A model generated the notes under the pieces. It made no database searches. It saw only the letters and a program-made list of their open reading frames with translations, and was not told where the DNA came from. 64,000 nt of DNA from Actinomycetes bacterium (GTDB lineage: Bacteria; Actinomycetota; Actinomycetes; JAHEKZ01). The first letter of the stretch is position 1. The number at the start of each line of letters is the position of its first letter. Position numbers and translations under genes: made by a program. Where the stretch lies: assembly GCA_027118455.1 (NCBI GenBank), contig JAJAYZ010000091.1, positions 416 through 64,415 on the forward strand. Reading direction: 5' to 3'. This document shows, piece by piece, positions 29,101 to 38,272 of this stretch.

Positions 29101-29286
29101 GAACCTGGCTCGGAGGTCCTTCATTGCGACGCCATCCGTGCGGCGGCTGCCAGGGGTGACTCGAAAGAGATCGTCCGCCTGTCTGCTCGCCTTCGGGCGC
29201 AGATCGAGGCCATTGAACCGGACGGGGGGTTTGGCGAGGAGACGATTGAGCTGCTCAGGCAGCTCAGCCCGAGATGCGGTGATTAG
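26137..29286 (+). CDS. Large membrane-anchored protein with two LysM domains and a C-terminal BTAD/SARP-like region
   Basis: Two TM helices near the N-terminus. Two LysM repeats (VTVRRGDTLWALAEQHLGSGSRYREIAKLN... and YTVRPGDTLWGIAEQRVGDPRRYRDIYELN...) are followed by a Pro-rich linker. The C-terminal roughly 300 aa resemble a bacterial transcriptional activation domain (TPR-like). Confidence 0.6.
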   Translation: MSTHIPGPLHSKRRSGTETDPVPVASRRTAADVVRGVGALTLLTSLVVGIPAVLVLASPVRSLTLPSWTGITDALTGPDDGHLFLTTLAIVAWLAWAAFTVSVAIEVVAVVRGLPSPRLPLLRVPQRAASTLVAAAAVVLTVQPLPTGPSTAHAVPTSFANNAQHTHAVSVDRGPSRASVLPPRRVSLAAPADTGLRANLSPTSRAAEVRSPLHATVTVRRGDTLWALAEQHLGSGSRYREIAKLNYGRVQPDGRTLTDAHWIYPGWVLQVPPDATGVRQGVVDEPAVEDEPAPATESSYTVRPGDTLWGIAEQRVGDPRRYRDIYELNAGQPQDIGGHLADPAVLIPGWVLRIPATDPAVQNTRPQAEPRLTPPVIPPKPNPAVSDRPDRPTVQPSPPSAGEGDPVDAIGSSPSTDDLDESSFPLNQLALGMTVLASAGLIGEVARRRRRQQRLRQPGNRIALPDREAAVVEQALHVAQDPVTVETLRTALGALATNCRTNGRDLPRILAVKVSSDRLDLLTDEPDDAVEPFVSVGNGTWRLDRSKPTGGRNDGDLPNPYPALVTVGVADDSVELVNLEAAGTLTMVGESHVVNEVIRALVVELATSNLTTGTTLVLPESLSELADSTDASRVQCASDGEAAHRARTRAANVAALLTDSGAADLHDARSRGVAADTWTPEIFVASAPIDAEPWSGIAVIGGGEEARSGWTLKVDSGGRGRLDPLGISIDVSRLNTDDYGSVTKLLKSSDVGSEPSVPEPSADGLDGVSQVATQDLPQAVLTALPLPPQGLPRVVGEESEVNKAPRVNVLGRVEIAGLLAGASSNRRARATEFVAYLALHPGASAHEIDEAIWPGRRVAKEMRNSFVSRVRHWLGNDSDGQLFLPLVGDHGDYRLSPEFDCDWHVFLRLAREGLARGPNGADLLEQALTLVRGRPFLGVDPTTYIWAEADAQEMVSAVVDVAHVLSALQLGLGDSRAAQDAASRGLLAEPGSEVLHCDAIRAAAARGDSKEIVRLSARLRAQIEAIEPDGGFGEETIELLRQLSPRCGD

Positions 29287-29464
29287 TGGGGGTTCGCGGC
29301 CAATGCCAGCAGGCTCGCGCACCTTGTCTAGACGCCGCCACAGCCATGGAAGAGTTCCCGTTGCTTCTCGGGTCGAGCAATGCCACGCGGCCTCCAGCAG
29401 GACCTCGCCGAAGCGCTCGGTCGGTTTTCCTATGCCGTTGACGCATTCCAAGTGTCACCCTGCG

Positions 29465-30469
29465 TTAGCGCACGGTGATGAATTCTTGCTGCGACGACGC
29501 TGCAATGAACTCACCAATAATGGGGTAGCCAGGAACTTCGCCGGCCACAAGCAGCCCGCCGGACGTTTGCGCATCTGCTAACAACATCAGTTCGTCGTCA
29601 CCCACGTGGGTTCGAACGTGCGGTGTTACCCACTGCAGATTCCTCTGAGTGCCGCCTGGCACGTATCCCCCGCTCAGAGACATACGTGCACCTTCGAGAT
29701 ATGGCACGCAACCAGAGTCAACAATTGCTGCTACACCGCTGGCTCGCACCATCTTGAGCAGATGCCCCAGAAGGCCAAACCCGGTTACGTCTGTCGCCGC
29801 TCGACAGCCAGTACGTAGGGCGGTTCTGGCTGCATCCCTGTTGAGAGTGGTCATGGTCTCGATAGCCTGCGGAAAGACTTCACCTGTCACTTTGTGGCGG
29901 TTGTTCAGCACTCCAAGCCCCAATGGTTTGGTGAGCGTGATTGCCGTCCCGGGCTGAGCGGCATCGTTACGGAGCAAGTGGTCGGGGTTGGCCCAGCCGG
30001 TGACTGCCATTCCATACTTTGGCTCGGGGTCGACGATGCTATGGCCACCCGCTAGTGGAACACCGGCCTCTTGGCAGACGGCAGCGCCGCCGTCAAGAAC
30101 TTCTCGCGCGATGGCTAGATCCAACTTCTCGCTCGGCCAGCCTAAGAGGTTGATGGCCAAGATTGGTTCCCCGCCCATGGCGTACACATCAGACAGGGCG
30201 TTGGCGGCTGCGATACGACCCCAATCGAAGGGATTGTCAACCACTGGCGTGAAGAAGTCGGCGGTGGAGATGACAGCCCCCTGCGTGCCCAGCCGTACGA
30301 CTGCTCCGTCATCGCCAGATTCCAGACCCACTACCAGATCCTTGCTCGGCGACTGCTGTGCCAGTCCGGCTAGCAACGACTCCAGATCGGAGGGTGGGAT
30401 CTTGCAGGCACATCCACCACCTGCCGCGTACTGCGTCAGTCTCACGCCAGCACTCCCAGGTTCTGGCAT
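29465..30469 (-). CDS. selD: Selenide, water dikinase (selenophosphate synthetase), Cys-type
   Basis: N-terminal LTQYAAGGGCACKIPPSDLESLL matches the SelD active-site region. The Met 48 aa into the long ORF was chosen so the gene does not overlap selC. Confidence 0.85.
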   Translation of the reverse strand: MPEPGSAGVRLTQYAAGGGCACKIPPSDLESLLAGLAQQSPSKDLVVGLESGDDGAVVRLGTQGAVISTADFFTPVVDNPFDWGRIAAANALSDVYAMGGEPILAINLLGWPSEKLDLAIAREVLDGGAAVCQEAGVPLAGGHSIVDPEPKYGMAVTGWANPDHLLRNDAAQPGTAITLTKPLGLGVLNNRHKVTGEVFPQAIETMTTLNRDAARTALRTGCRAATDVTGFGLLGHLLKMVRASGVAAIVDSGCVPYLEGARMSLSGGYVPGGTQRNLQWVTPHVRTHVGDDELMLLADAQTSGGLLVAGEVPGYPIIGEFIAASSQQEFITVR

Positions 30470-30514
30470 TCGGTGACTCCCAAGGTCTGCGGCGAATGTC
30501 GTTACTATAGATGT

Positions 30515-30609
30515 GGAGGTGTTCCTCATCTGGTGATGGGCGCGGTCTTCAAAGCTGTTGTAGGCGAGTATCTCGCCTAGGCGGGTTCGATTCCCGTCCA
30601 CCTCCGCCA
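30515..30609 (+). tRNA. selC: tRNA-Sec (UCA anticodon)
   Basis: 95 nt. GGAGGTG...CTTCAAAGC (anticodon TCA) ...long variable arm...GGTTCGATTCCCGTCCACCTCCGCCA. It lies between selD and selA as in sel operons. Confidence 0.85.
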
Positions 30610-30633
30610 CATCGCAGAAGTAGGGGAGGGACG

Positions 30634-31947
30634 TTGGTTGAGTCGGACCCTCGCCGGCTCACGCCCAGGGTCGATAGCGTCCTCATGAACCCGCGTGTGG
30701 CTCAGCTGACCTCCATTCTTGGCGACCGGTTCGTGCGACACGTCGTTCTGGATGTCCTCGAAGTTTGCCGCCGAGGCGAACTCGACCCCGACCAGGTCGT
30801 TGACGAAGTTGTATTTCGGCTCCCTACTGCCCCAACTGGATTGAAGCGCGTGATCAACGCCACCGGGATTCTGATTCACACCAATCTTGGGCGGGCACCG
30901 CTGTCTCAAGCCGCGATCGACGCTGTTGCCCTTGCGTCCAGCACGACCGATCTTGAGTTCGATCTGGCGACAGGTATGCGCGCAAGTAGAGGGACCAGCG
31001 CACTGGACGCTCTTTCACGGGCTGTCCCGCCAGCGGAAGCTGTCCACGTTGTCAACAATGGGGCTGCAGCTCTGACGCTGGTCGCTGCGGGCTTGGCACG
31101 TGGTCGCGAGGTGGTTGTCGCTCGCGGTGAACTGATCGAAATCGGAGATAGCTTCCGGATCAAATCTATGCTGGAAGCCGCCGGAACACAGGTTCGTGAA
31201 GTCGGGGCCGCAAATCGCGTGCACCTGCGGGACTACCAGGAGGCACTCAACCAAAGAACCGGATTAGTCTTAAAGGTTCACCCATCGAACTTTGCGACCA
31301 CCGGCTTTACCAAGAGCGTCAGCACCCGCGAACTGACCACTCTCGACGTTCCCGTGGTCGTGGATATTGGCTCCGGTCTGCTCAATCCCCACCCGCTGTT
31401 GCCGAACGAGCCTGACGCCACCTCGACCTTAGGTGAGGGAGCGGATGTGGTTTTGGCCTCAGGAGACAAACTGCTTGGGGGACCGCAATGTGGACTAGTC
31501 TTGGGGCGCCGAGTCCTGATCGACCGTCTTCGGCGCGATCCCCTGGCCCGCGCCCTCCGCGTTGGGAAGATGACGCTCGCAGCTCTTGAGGCAACCATCG
31601 ACGGCCCACCATCGCCGGTAGCTACGGCATTGCGTCTGACTCAAGCTGAGGTCCTTGAGCGAGCTCACGCGATCGTTGGCCAACTGTCGCACGACATTGA
31701 CAGTGGGGTCATTGACACGGTCGCACGGATTGGCGGTGGAGGCGCCCCAGAAGTCTCCCTGAAGAGCGCAGCGGTGAGACTGTCCGAACCGATGGCGGCG
31801 CCTCTGCGCACCGGACGCCCAACGCCGGTAGTCGGCTACCTCCGGCAGGGCCATCTCCTGCTCGACCTGCTCACCGTTGCCCCGCAGGATGACGAGGAAG
31901 TACTCAAGTCCATCCTGGGAGCGCACCGACAGTTAAGCAACCGATGA
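30634..31947 (+). CDS. selA: L-seryl-tRNA(Sec) selenium transferase
   Basis: GILIHTNLGRAPL and conserved PLP-enzyme regions. The long ORF start at 30511 overlaps selC, so the start was trimmed to the in-frame TTG at 30634. An ATG at 30685 is also possible. Confidence 0.8.
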   Translation: MVESDPRRLTPRVDSVLMNPRVAQLTSILGDRFVRHVVLDVLEVCRRGELDPDQVVDEVVFRLPTAPTGLKRVINATGILIHTNLGRAPLSQAAIDAVALASSTTDLEFDLATGMRASRGTSALDALSRAVPPAEAVHVVNNGAAALTLVAAGLARGREVVVARGELIEIGDSFRIKSMLEAAGTQVREVGAANRVHLRDYQEALNQRTGLVLKVHPSNFATTGFTKSVSTRELTTLDVPVVVDIGSGLLNPHPLLPNEPDATSTLGEGADVVLASGDKLLGGPQCGLVLGRRVLIDRLRRDPLARALRVGKMTLAALEATIDGPPSPVATALRLTQAEVLERAHAIVGQLSHDIDSGVIDTVARIGGGGAPEVSLKSAAVRLSEPMAAPLRTGRPTPVVGYLRQGHLLLDLLTVAPQDDEEVLKSILGAHRQLSNR

Positions 31948-33653
31948 ACGTAGTGGCCACCGCTGGTCACGTTGACCACGGCAAATCGCTCCTGCTGTCC
32001 GCGCTCACCGGCATGCAGACCGACCGTCATGTTCAGGAACGTCAAAGAGGGCAGACCATCGATCTCGGGTTCTGCTGGACCAATCTCGGAAGTGCCGGTG
32101 ATGTTGCTTTCATCGATGTGCCCGGCCACGAGAGGTTCATCAACACCATGCTGGCGGGCGTCGGATCGCGACCAGCGGTTCTGTTCTGCGTTGCAGCAGA
32201 TGGCGGATGGATGCCTCAGTCCGCAGAGCACCTTGCGATCCTGGACGCCATCGGATGCACCAACGCGGTAGTAGCAGTCACTCGCACCGACTTAGCCGAC
32301 CCAGCAACGGCCATCGGAGAGGCTGAGCGCGAGTTCGCGGCGACCTCGATGTCTGGTGCGGCGATAGTCCCGGTTTGCGCTAAGGACGGAACAGGACTGT
32401 CCGACCTACGGAGTCGTCTTGCTCAGATGCTCGAGGTGATTCCCCTTCCACATGCAGACTCCGATGTTCGCCTGTGGATTGACCGCTCATTTGTCGTGCA
32501 CGGCGCGGGAAGGGTGGTGACCGGAACTTTGCAAGCTGGCACGCTGACCGTTGGAGACACGCTGCAAATCCAAGACACGCAAGTGCGCGTTAGGGGGATA
32601 GAGACGCTGGGGCGGGCGGTGAGCTCGATCGTTGGGTCGGCGCGGGTTGCGCTCAACGTGGCTGGCCCCGATGCCAGTCTGGCCGGTTCAGGAATGTGTC
32701 TCACGACGCCAGATAGGTGGATCTACACCAGCGAGTTCGACATGCGACTGCGATCTGGAACCGGTCCTCTACCGCGACAGGTTGGCCTTCACTTCGGAAC
32801 CCATCGAACCTCAGCCAGGGCAAGAACTCTGGACGACCGTCACATCCGCGTAATGCTCCAGACAGCTATCCCGCTTCGAGTCGGCGACCGGGTTGTCCTG
32901 CGTGATCCCAGCACGCGCGTCACCTGGGCAGGTTCGGTCCTGGACCCGGTGCCGCCGAAGTTGACCAGAAGAGGCGACGCCAAGCGCCGCGCCACAGTCT
33001 TGGCGTCCGCGCCGAACAACGCCTCGCTCGCGTTCGAACTACAGACACGCGGTCTCGTACAGCGCAGCAAACTCGTCCAGTTGGGAGTCGAGGTCCCGGT
33101 GAGTTTGACGGCGGAAGGCGGCCCCTGGCTACTCAGCGATCAGAAGGCAGAGAAGATCCGCGAGGGACTCCAAGAACTTCTTGATATGAACAATGCTGAG
33201 CCAGTCCCGGTCCCTGAAGTCATGGGATGGCTGGGTTGTGAAGATCTGGCGATACTTCAAGGCGTTGTAAAGCCACCACTGCGAATGGAGACAGGCTTCG
33301 TCCTCGGCGAAGGGACGTGGACCGTGGTCGTCGATGAGCTTGTTCGCGGCGAGTGCCAGATTCGACCGATAACAGTGGAATGGCTCAAAGCCAATGCAGT
33401 CAGTCCGCGGGTTTTGCGGTACTGCACAGCGAGCGGAGTCCTCGTGCCGATAGTGAGCGGTGTTTGGCTCTCGTCCGCTGACGTGGGGCGGCTCCCGAGC
33501 GTTCTCCGCGAACTGCCCGACCCATTTACCGCAAGTGAAGCGCGGCAAGCCCTTGGCCTGAGTAGGCGCTGCACACTACAAATTCTCAATCATCTGGACT
33601 CGCGTGGAGTGACGCTTCGTCACCAGGACAGTCGACGGAGCATCAGGTCATAA
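31944..33653 (+). CDS. selB: Selenocysteine-specific elongation factor
   Basis: G-domain AGHVDHGKS...DVPGHERF...NAVVAVTRTD. Domains II-IV and the winged-helix C-terminus are present. The start overlaps the selA stop. Confidence 0.85.
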   Translation: MNVVATAGHVDHGKSLLLSALTGMQTDRHVQERQRGQTIDLGFCWTNLGSAGDVAFIDVPGHERFINTMLAGVGSRPAVLFCVAADGGWMPQSAEHLAILDAIGCTNAVVAVTRTDLADPATAIGEAEREFAATSMSGAAIVPVCAKDGTGLSDLRSRLAQMLEVIPLPHADSDVRLWIDRSFVVHGAGRVVTGTLQAGTLTVGDTLQIQDTQVRVRGIETLGRAVSSIVGSARVALNVAGPDASLAGSGMCLTTPDRWIYTSEFDMRLRSGTGPLPRQVGLHFGTHRTSARARTLDDRHIRVMLQTAIPLRVGDRVVLRDPSTRVTWAGSVLDPVPPKLTRRGDAKRRATVLASAPNNASLAFELQTRGLVQRSKLVQLGVEVPVSLTAEGGPWLLSDQKAEKIREGLQELLDMNNAEPVPVPEVMGWLGCEDLAILQGVVKPPLRMETGFVLGEGTWTVVVDELVRGECQIRPITVEWLKANAVSPRVLRYCTASGVLVPIVSGVWLSSADVGRLPSVLRELPDPFTASEARQALGLSRRCTLQILNHLDSRGVTLRHQDSRRSIRS

Positions 33654-34164
33654 CTGTCGTTGCCCAGGTGCCTATCGTCCGGGCCTACGACCGAGGTAGT
33701 TGTGAGGTCGAGTGCTTGAAGCGGGAGCGCGTCCAACTGCGCCTGCGCGACGGCGGCGCCCAAGGGAAGCAAAGACCTCTCGCGGAGTGCCCCCAGCCCG
33801 CCAGGCGACGATTCCGATCTGACATGACCCCCTGCCCGTCGATTTGTGTTGAGCGGCAGCCTTGCCGACACGTCGCAGCAAAAGGGCTTGATCGGTGTGA
33901 CGACCAAGCGCAGACGTATCCCACGGGAGGCGGTTGGCAAATTGGATTTGGCGAATAAGGACGCTCACTGACGGCAAGGAAGCCGCTGATGTGTGCCGAC
34001 GGCTGTAGGCACCTGACCAAAGTTCTGCGGATGGCGGAGTCAGTACGGCGGTTGGCCGTCGATGAGTCTAGGTGGCTGAGAGACTTGGCGAAGACGAGCA
34101 CCCATGGGAGAAGGTAGGGAGTGGGCCGCTGGGCGCCCCTCGTCGTCATCTGGATAATGCTCGC

Positions 34165-34698
34165 ATGAACATGCTGGAGATCGTCTCCGCGGTGTTGACG
34201 GCAGTGGGGGCCACGCTGCTCCTATTGGCGGGGACAGGGAAGCTATTCGAAGTAAGGGCTTGGAGAGACGCTCTGGCCCAGCATGGGCTGCCTGGGTGGT
34301 TGTACCCCGTTATCCTTGTCGGCGTCCCTGCTGCCGAACTCGGCATTGGAATCTGCACCCTGCTCATGGTCACCCTGCTTGAGACCAGTCCCTCCTCGTT
34401 GATTCTTGCGGCACAATTCTTCTTGGGCATGGCGCTCTTGGTTTACTCCGCCCAGCTGAAGCGCACTCGACCGGACGCGGACTGTGGCTGTTCCCCCGGC
34501 TCACGCAGCGATTTCGGTGAACGGTGCTTTTGGGCGATCGTAATTGCGGCGGGCCCCGCAATTTCATTCTCGAGTGGAGACCACACCATCGCTTCGGAGT
34601 CGAACACCGTGGTAGCGGCGTGTTGTGCCATGGCCGTGACTGTGAGTTGGCTCATCGTGACGTTACCGGCGGCGCGGATACTCATTCGTGATGGCTAG
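34165..34698 (+). CDS. MauE/DoxX-family membrane protein (cassette copy 2)
   Basis: TM helices and the DADCGCSPG motif. Paralog of 6867..7295. It sits about 0.5 kb downstream of selB. Confidence 0.55.
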   Translation: MNMLEIVSAVLTAVGATLLLLAGTGKLFEVRAWRDALAQHGLPGWLYPVILVGVPAAELGIGICTLLMVTLLETSPSSLILAAQFFLGMALLVYSAQLKRTRPDADCGCSPGSRSDFGERCFWAIVIAAGPAISFSSGDHTIASESNTVVAACCAMAVTVSWLIVTLPAARILIRDG

Positions 34699-34811
34699 CG
34701 CCCGAAATCATGCGTCAAGATTCGTAACTCGGCGGTAGGTGTCCTAATGGGACGACTAACACCGGGCTCAATCATAGAAGCAGGAAACCCATCGAATCTT
34801 CCCACGGACCC

Positions 34812-36189
34812 CTGTTGCCTCATGTCAATACCTCCGGCATGGCTAGGTCGTTGCCTCATTTGATTTCCTCGGCCAATCGGCCTGGTTCCAGGCGGTGTTG
34901 ACCGCGGGTTTGTGTCGGGGTGCCTTCTTGGCCTGAGCCAGTACTTCGAGCTCGCCGGTCAGCGCCAGGATGTGCCGTGAGAGTGCCCCGGGTTTGATCT
35001 TCTTGAACGCTGCGTTCATCGTAATGATCGGGCGTCTTCGCATCGCCGGATGAGTCACCGCTCGCTGGTGAGGCGTGGTCGCGGTGTCGTGCTTCTTGGT
35101 CACCTTGGCCCCGTGGCGCTGCTTGAACACCAGCTTCTGTTGCGGCAGGAAATAGTTGGTGAAGAGCGCGTCCAGTTCCCAAATCTCGTTGAGTTTGGCC
35201 AACTCACTGGGGGTGTCGTAGCGGTAGTAGCCGACCAGTTCGCGGACCCTGGCCCAGTTCTTCTGCTTCACGTGCGCGCCGTCGTTGGAGTTGCCTGGCC
35301 GGGAACGGGTGAACGTCACCTTCTGCTCGATGCACCACTTCAGCAACTGGTCGTTGATGAACTCGGTGCCGTTGTCGGAGTCGATCCCCACGATCGGGAA
35401 CGGAAAGACCTCCACCACATGCTGCAACGCTTCGAAGACCCGCTTCTGGGCCTTGTTCCGCACCGATCGGTTCACCGTCCACCCGGTGCAAACATCAGTC
35501 ACAGTAAGGGTAAAACAAAACTCACCACTGGCGTTGCCGCCCTCATGCCCGACCAGGTCAATCTCAACAAAGCCGGGCACCGCATCGTCCCACTCAGCCC
35601 AGGTCCGCACCGGGATCTGCGACTTCAACAGACTTCCCGGTTTGGTGTGGGAACGACCCCGCGGCATCAACTTCGCCCGATGCTCAGCCAGCCGGCGGTC
35701 GATCGTCGCGGCGCTCATCCGACACAGCAACGCGGCCTCGGCATCGGTCACATCAAGCTCACCGTCGCGGCGCAAGATCGGCACCAGCACCGGCAGCATC
35801 GGCGCCAGCCGCTTACCAGCCGGAGCCCGAAGCACCGCCCAACACTTCACCAACGCCGCAATCACCGACGGCCCATACAGCGGCTCCCGTCGCGCACGCG
35901 GCTTGACAATCTTCAGGCGTAACGCCTCCCGCAACGCCACCCGGGCGTAGTCACGGTGCCACCCGGTCAGCTCGACCAACTCATCGAGAATCCGGGTCTT
36001 ACCCGCCCGATCTGCCCGGGCATACCCCCTCGCCTTCGCCTTGCTGACCGCCTGCCGCTGACTCATCGAAAGACCCATCTTCTGGGCGTAGACCCGACAC
36101 GAACCAACCCCCCAACGACACACCGCAAACGGAGGTTTCTAAATGAGGCAACGTATAGGCCCACGCGGAGGTTTTTGATGAGTCAACGC
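34812..36189 (-). mobile_element. Apparently intact insertion sequence (rve/DDE transposase) with nested terminal/subterminal inverted repeats
   Basis: Inner IR: CGTTGCCTCATTT at 34849-34861 and its reverse complement at 36141-36153. Outer IR: GTTGCCTCATGTCAATACCTCC (34814-34835) versus the reverse complement of GGAGGTTTTTGATGAGTCAAC (36169-36189). The IRs flank a single 426-aa transposase ORF. Confidence 0.55.
34843..36123 (-). CDS. DDE (rve integrase-core) transposase, IS481/IS30-like
   Basis: N-terminal HTH region, then FVEIDLVGHEGG...TGW...IVGIDSDNGTEFIN, typical of rve-domain transposases. Alternative starts lie at 36078 and 36066. Confidence 0.6.
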   Translation of the reverse strand: MCRWGVGSCRVYAQKMGLSMSQRQAVSKAKARGYARADRAGKTRILDELVELTGWHRDYARVALREALRLKIVKPRARREPLYGPSVIAALVKCWAVLRAPAGKRLAPMLPVLVPILRRDGELDVTDAEAALLCRMSAATIDRRLAEHRAKLMPRGRSHTKPGSLLKSQIPVRTWAEWDDAVPGFVEIDLVGHEGGNASGEFCFTLTVTDVCTGWTVNRSVRNKAQKRVFEALQHVVEVFPFPIVGIDSDNGTEFINDQLLKWCIEQKVTFTRSRPGNSNDGAHVKQKNWARVRELVGYYRYDTPSELAKLNEIWELDALFTNYFLPQQKLVFKQRHGAKVTKKHDTATTPHQRAVTHPAMRRRPIITMNAAFKKIKPGALSRHILALTGELEVLAQAKKAPRHKPAVNTAWNQADWPRKSNEATT

Positions 36190-36250
36190 GGGACCTTGAC
36201 CGCCACCCTGTCCGACTGGTTCTATCTCATCAAGCTTAGGAGGTGGGGTT

Positions 36251-36952
36251 GTGGAGACGACTATTCAAGCCCCCAGTGGTAGGCGGCTGGTGGTGCGCTT
36301 CGGGTCAGAAGCTGAGACTCTCAACGTTGCTGCCTTTGGATACTTTGCCGGCCCCGGCCAGTCGGTCAAGATCATGATTGGTGGGCCAGGCTACTTTGAA
36401 GCATCTCGCCAAGATCCAGACTTCAGGCCCAGCGTAGTGGTCGCACGGGAGGTGTTTCAGGGCCTGGAGATGGTGACGGCTCGACACGAGAAGGGAACGA
36501 ACGTCCTCGTTGGAGTACTGGGCCCGTATCACGAGGTGGTCTACGCGGTAGGTGGTCCGTCACCTTCGATGGAGCAACTGAGGGCCGCCCTTATGCGCTT
36601 TGACTTCCGCGACGAACCGAGTGGGATGCTCGTTGATCCCGCGGGCAGCTCGGATCTCATACAGGTTGGTGAAAACGTAGACATTTCGTTCTCAAATGGA
36701 TTCGACCTAAGCGTGTCCGACCCGGAGGCGGGACGAAAGTTGCTACCAGAATTCTCCGGCGCTACTACGCAATACGGCGAGATGTGGAAGGAGATTGTGT
36801 CTTTCGGCGACGATGCGGCCATGGAGTACCTGAAACTTATCCTTGGCTGTCCTACCGCTACAGGGGAACTTGTGCTCCACGATGAAAGGGAGGAACGCCA
36901 GAACGACGCCGTCAAGTGGCTGAGCGAAGTGTCATTGGCTTGGGAGGTCTAG
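36251..36952 (+). CDS. Cytoplasmic hypothetical protein (cassette copy 2)
   Basis: 233 aa with no TM helix or signal. Positional counterpart of 8654..9382. Confidence 0.45.
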   Translation: METTIQAPSGRRLVVRFGSEAETLNVAAFGYFAGPGQSVKIMIGGPGYFEASRQDPDFRPSVVVAREVFQGLEMVTARHEKGTNVLVGVLGPYHEVVYAVGGPSPSMEQLRAALMRFDFRDEPSGMLVDPAGSSDLIQVGENVDISFSNGFDLSVSDPEAGRKLLPEFSGATTQYGEMWKEIVSFGDDAAMEYLKLILGCPTATGELVLHDEREERQNDAVKWLSEVSLAWEV

Positions 36953-37474
36953 GTGTCGGGTCAAGCCGCCCTAAACGTCCTGCTATTGATTGGAATGGCT
37001 CTCACCTTTCTCGCGAGCAGCCGCCTAATGTATGAGGTGCTGCAGTTGCGCACCGACGTTCGACGCCTCACGAGCACGAACAACGGGGCAAGCGCGGTGG
37101 AGCGCATCCGCTTTGAGGATTCACGACTCGCCTCACGGTTGGTAATCGTCGTCGACGGAAGCTGCGAGACCTGCGTTGACGTCCTGCAGGCGGTCTCGGG
37201 TGGAGACGTAACCGCACAGTCTGTGGTTCTCTGTCCCGAGAGCCAGGCCGGCAAATGGGACAAAGTCTTGGAGGGGAGCGGTTCGACCAGCGTGGTGGCT
37301 CACGACCAGCTTTGGGCAGTCCTTCGTCCGCTCCACCCGCCCGCTCTCGTTCTTACGGACAACTCAGGGTCGGCGATAAGTCTTGCCCTGCCTCACGACG
37401 GACCATCAGCGCGCGAAGCGTTGGCCAACTGGGGCTTGATCAGGAGGAACTCAGATGTCACTCACACTATCTGA
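36953..37474 (+). CDS. Membrane-anchored thioredoxin-like CxxC protein (cassette copy 2)
   Basis: N-terminal TM helix then VIVVDGSCETCVDVLQ. Paralog of 7376..7882. Confidence 0.5.
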   Translation: MSGQAALNVLLLIGMALTFLASSRLMYEVLQLRTDVRRLTSTNNGASAVERIRFEDSRLASRLVIVVDGSCETCVDVLQAVSGGDVTAQSVVLCPESQAGKWDKVLEGSGSTSVVAHDQLWAVLRPLHPPALVLTDNSGSAISLALPHDGPSAREALANWGLIRRNSDVTHTI

Positions 37475-38093
37475 CCTACCCGAGCGGCGGGGGAAACCTT
37501 CCACGACCGCAACGGCAACTAGAGCCATGCAGGGTTGGTCGCCGCAACCAAGCCGTCGTCGAGTCCTTCAAGCCGCAACCGTGGTGTTCCTCGCCGCCGG
37601 TACCAGCGTGCTCAGCTGGGGCGGGCGACTCACCAACAGGGCGTGGGCGGTTGATGGGCCCGACGGCCTGACAGGTCACCTGAACTGCGGAGGGAATGAT
37701 TATTCCGGTGGCACCCCTGACACTGGTGGCGACTACAAACACTCCAATGGCTGGCTAGCGGCATGTCTGAGTGACGGAGGGCTTATCAGCAGTCACTTCT
37801 GCCGGACGAACAATCAAATTTCTTGGCACCGTTCCGACACTATTACGATTGACACCAACGAAAGGTACAAATTCGAGCCCGTCGAGACTCTATGTTGGAG
37901 CGGCACCAACGATATCCGCAACGCATGGACATGGCCGTCAAAGCGTCACGATATCAGCAACCCTCCGGATCGGGACTTCAGGTGCTCGGACGGCAAACGT
38001 AAGAGACAAGTTTGGGTTGAGTCACATGGGGGTTTCTGGGACACGCGCGAAGTCTGGGATACGATCTGTCGTCGGTGCCTCGATTGCCCGTGA
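37455..38093 (+). CDS. Tat-exported secreted 8-Cys protein (cassette copy 2)
   Basis: Twin-arginine leader PSRRRVLQAATVVFLAAGTSVLS. It has 8 Cys and the shared motif NAWTWPS...RCSDGK. Confidence 0.55.
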   Translation: MSLTLSDLPERRGKPSTTATATRAMQGWSPQPSRRRVLQAATVVFLAAGTSVLSWGGRLTNRAWAVDGPDGLTGHLNCGGNDYSGGTPDTGGDYKHSNGWLAACLSDGGLISSHFCRTNNQISWHRSDTITIDTNERYKFEPVETLCWSGTNDIRNAWTWPSKRHDISNPPDRDFRCSDGKRKRQVWVESHGGFWDTREVWDTICRRCLDCP

Positions 38094-38272
38094 GTCTCCT
38101 ACAGCGGACCTGGCACCAACCTTCGGCTTTCCTGGCCTTGCTCCTATTCGCTTGCGCCGGCGCACTAATAGCGAGTATTGCGAGTGGCAGTGAATTCGGC
38201 GTGTGGCTCGTGGTTGGCGCTGCGGCGGGCTACGCACTGAGCGGCTCTACTTGAAGTAAGAACTCGGCGGCA

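Noticed and set aside
30571-30609. Sequence GGCGGGTTCGATTCCCGTCCACCTCCGCCA closely resembles the ssrA 3' end. It was first considered the attR direct repeat of an island of about 27 kb starting at ssrA.
   Set aside because: It is the T-arm and acceptor end of a complete 95-nt tRNA-Sec (anticodon TCA) located between selD and selA. It is a genuine selC gene, not an att repeat.
30511-30633. The ORF-track SelA start at 30511 and the SelD start at 30610 both run through the tRNA-Sec gene.
   Set aside because: These are over-extended ORF calls. The starts were trimmed to the SelD Met at 30469 and the SelA TTG at 30634 (or the ATG at 30685).
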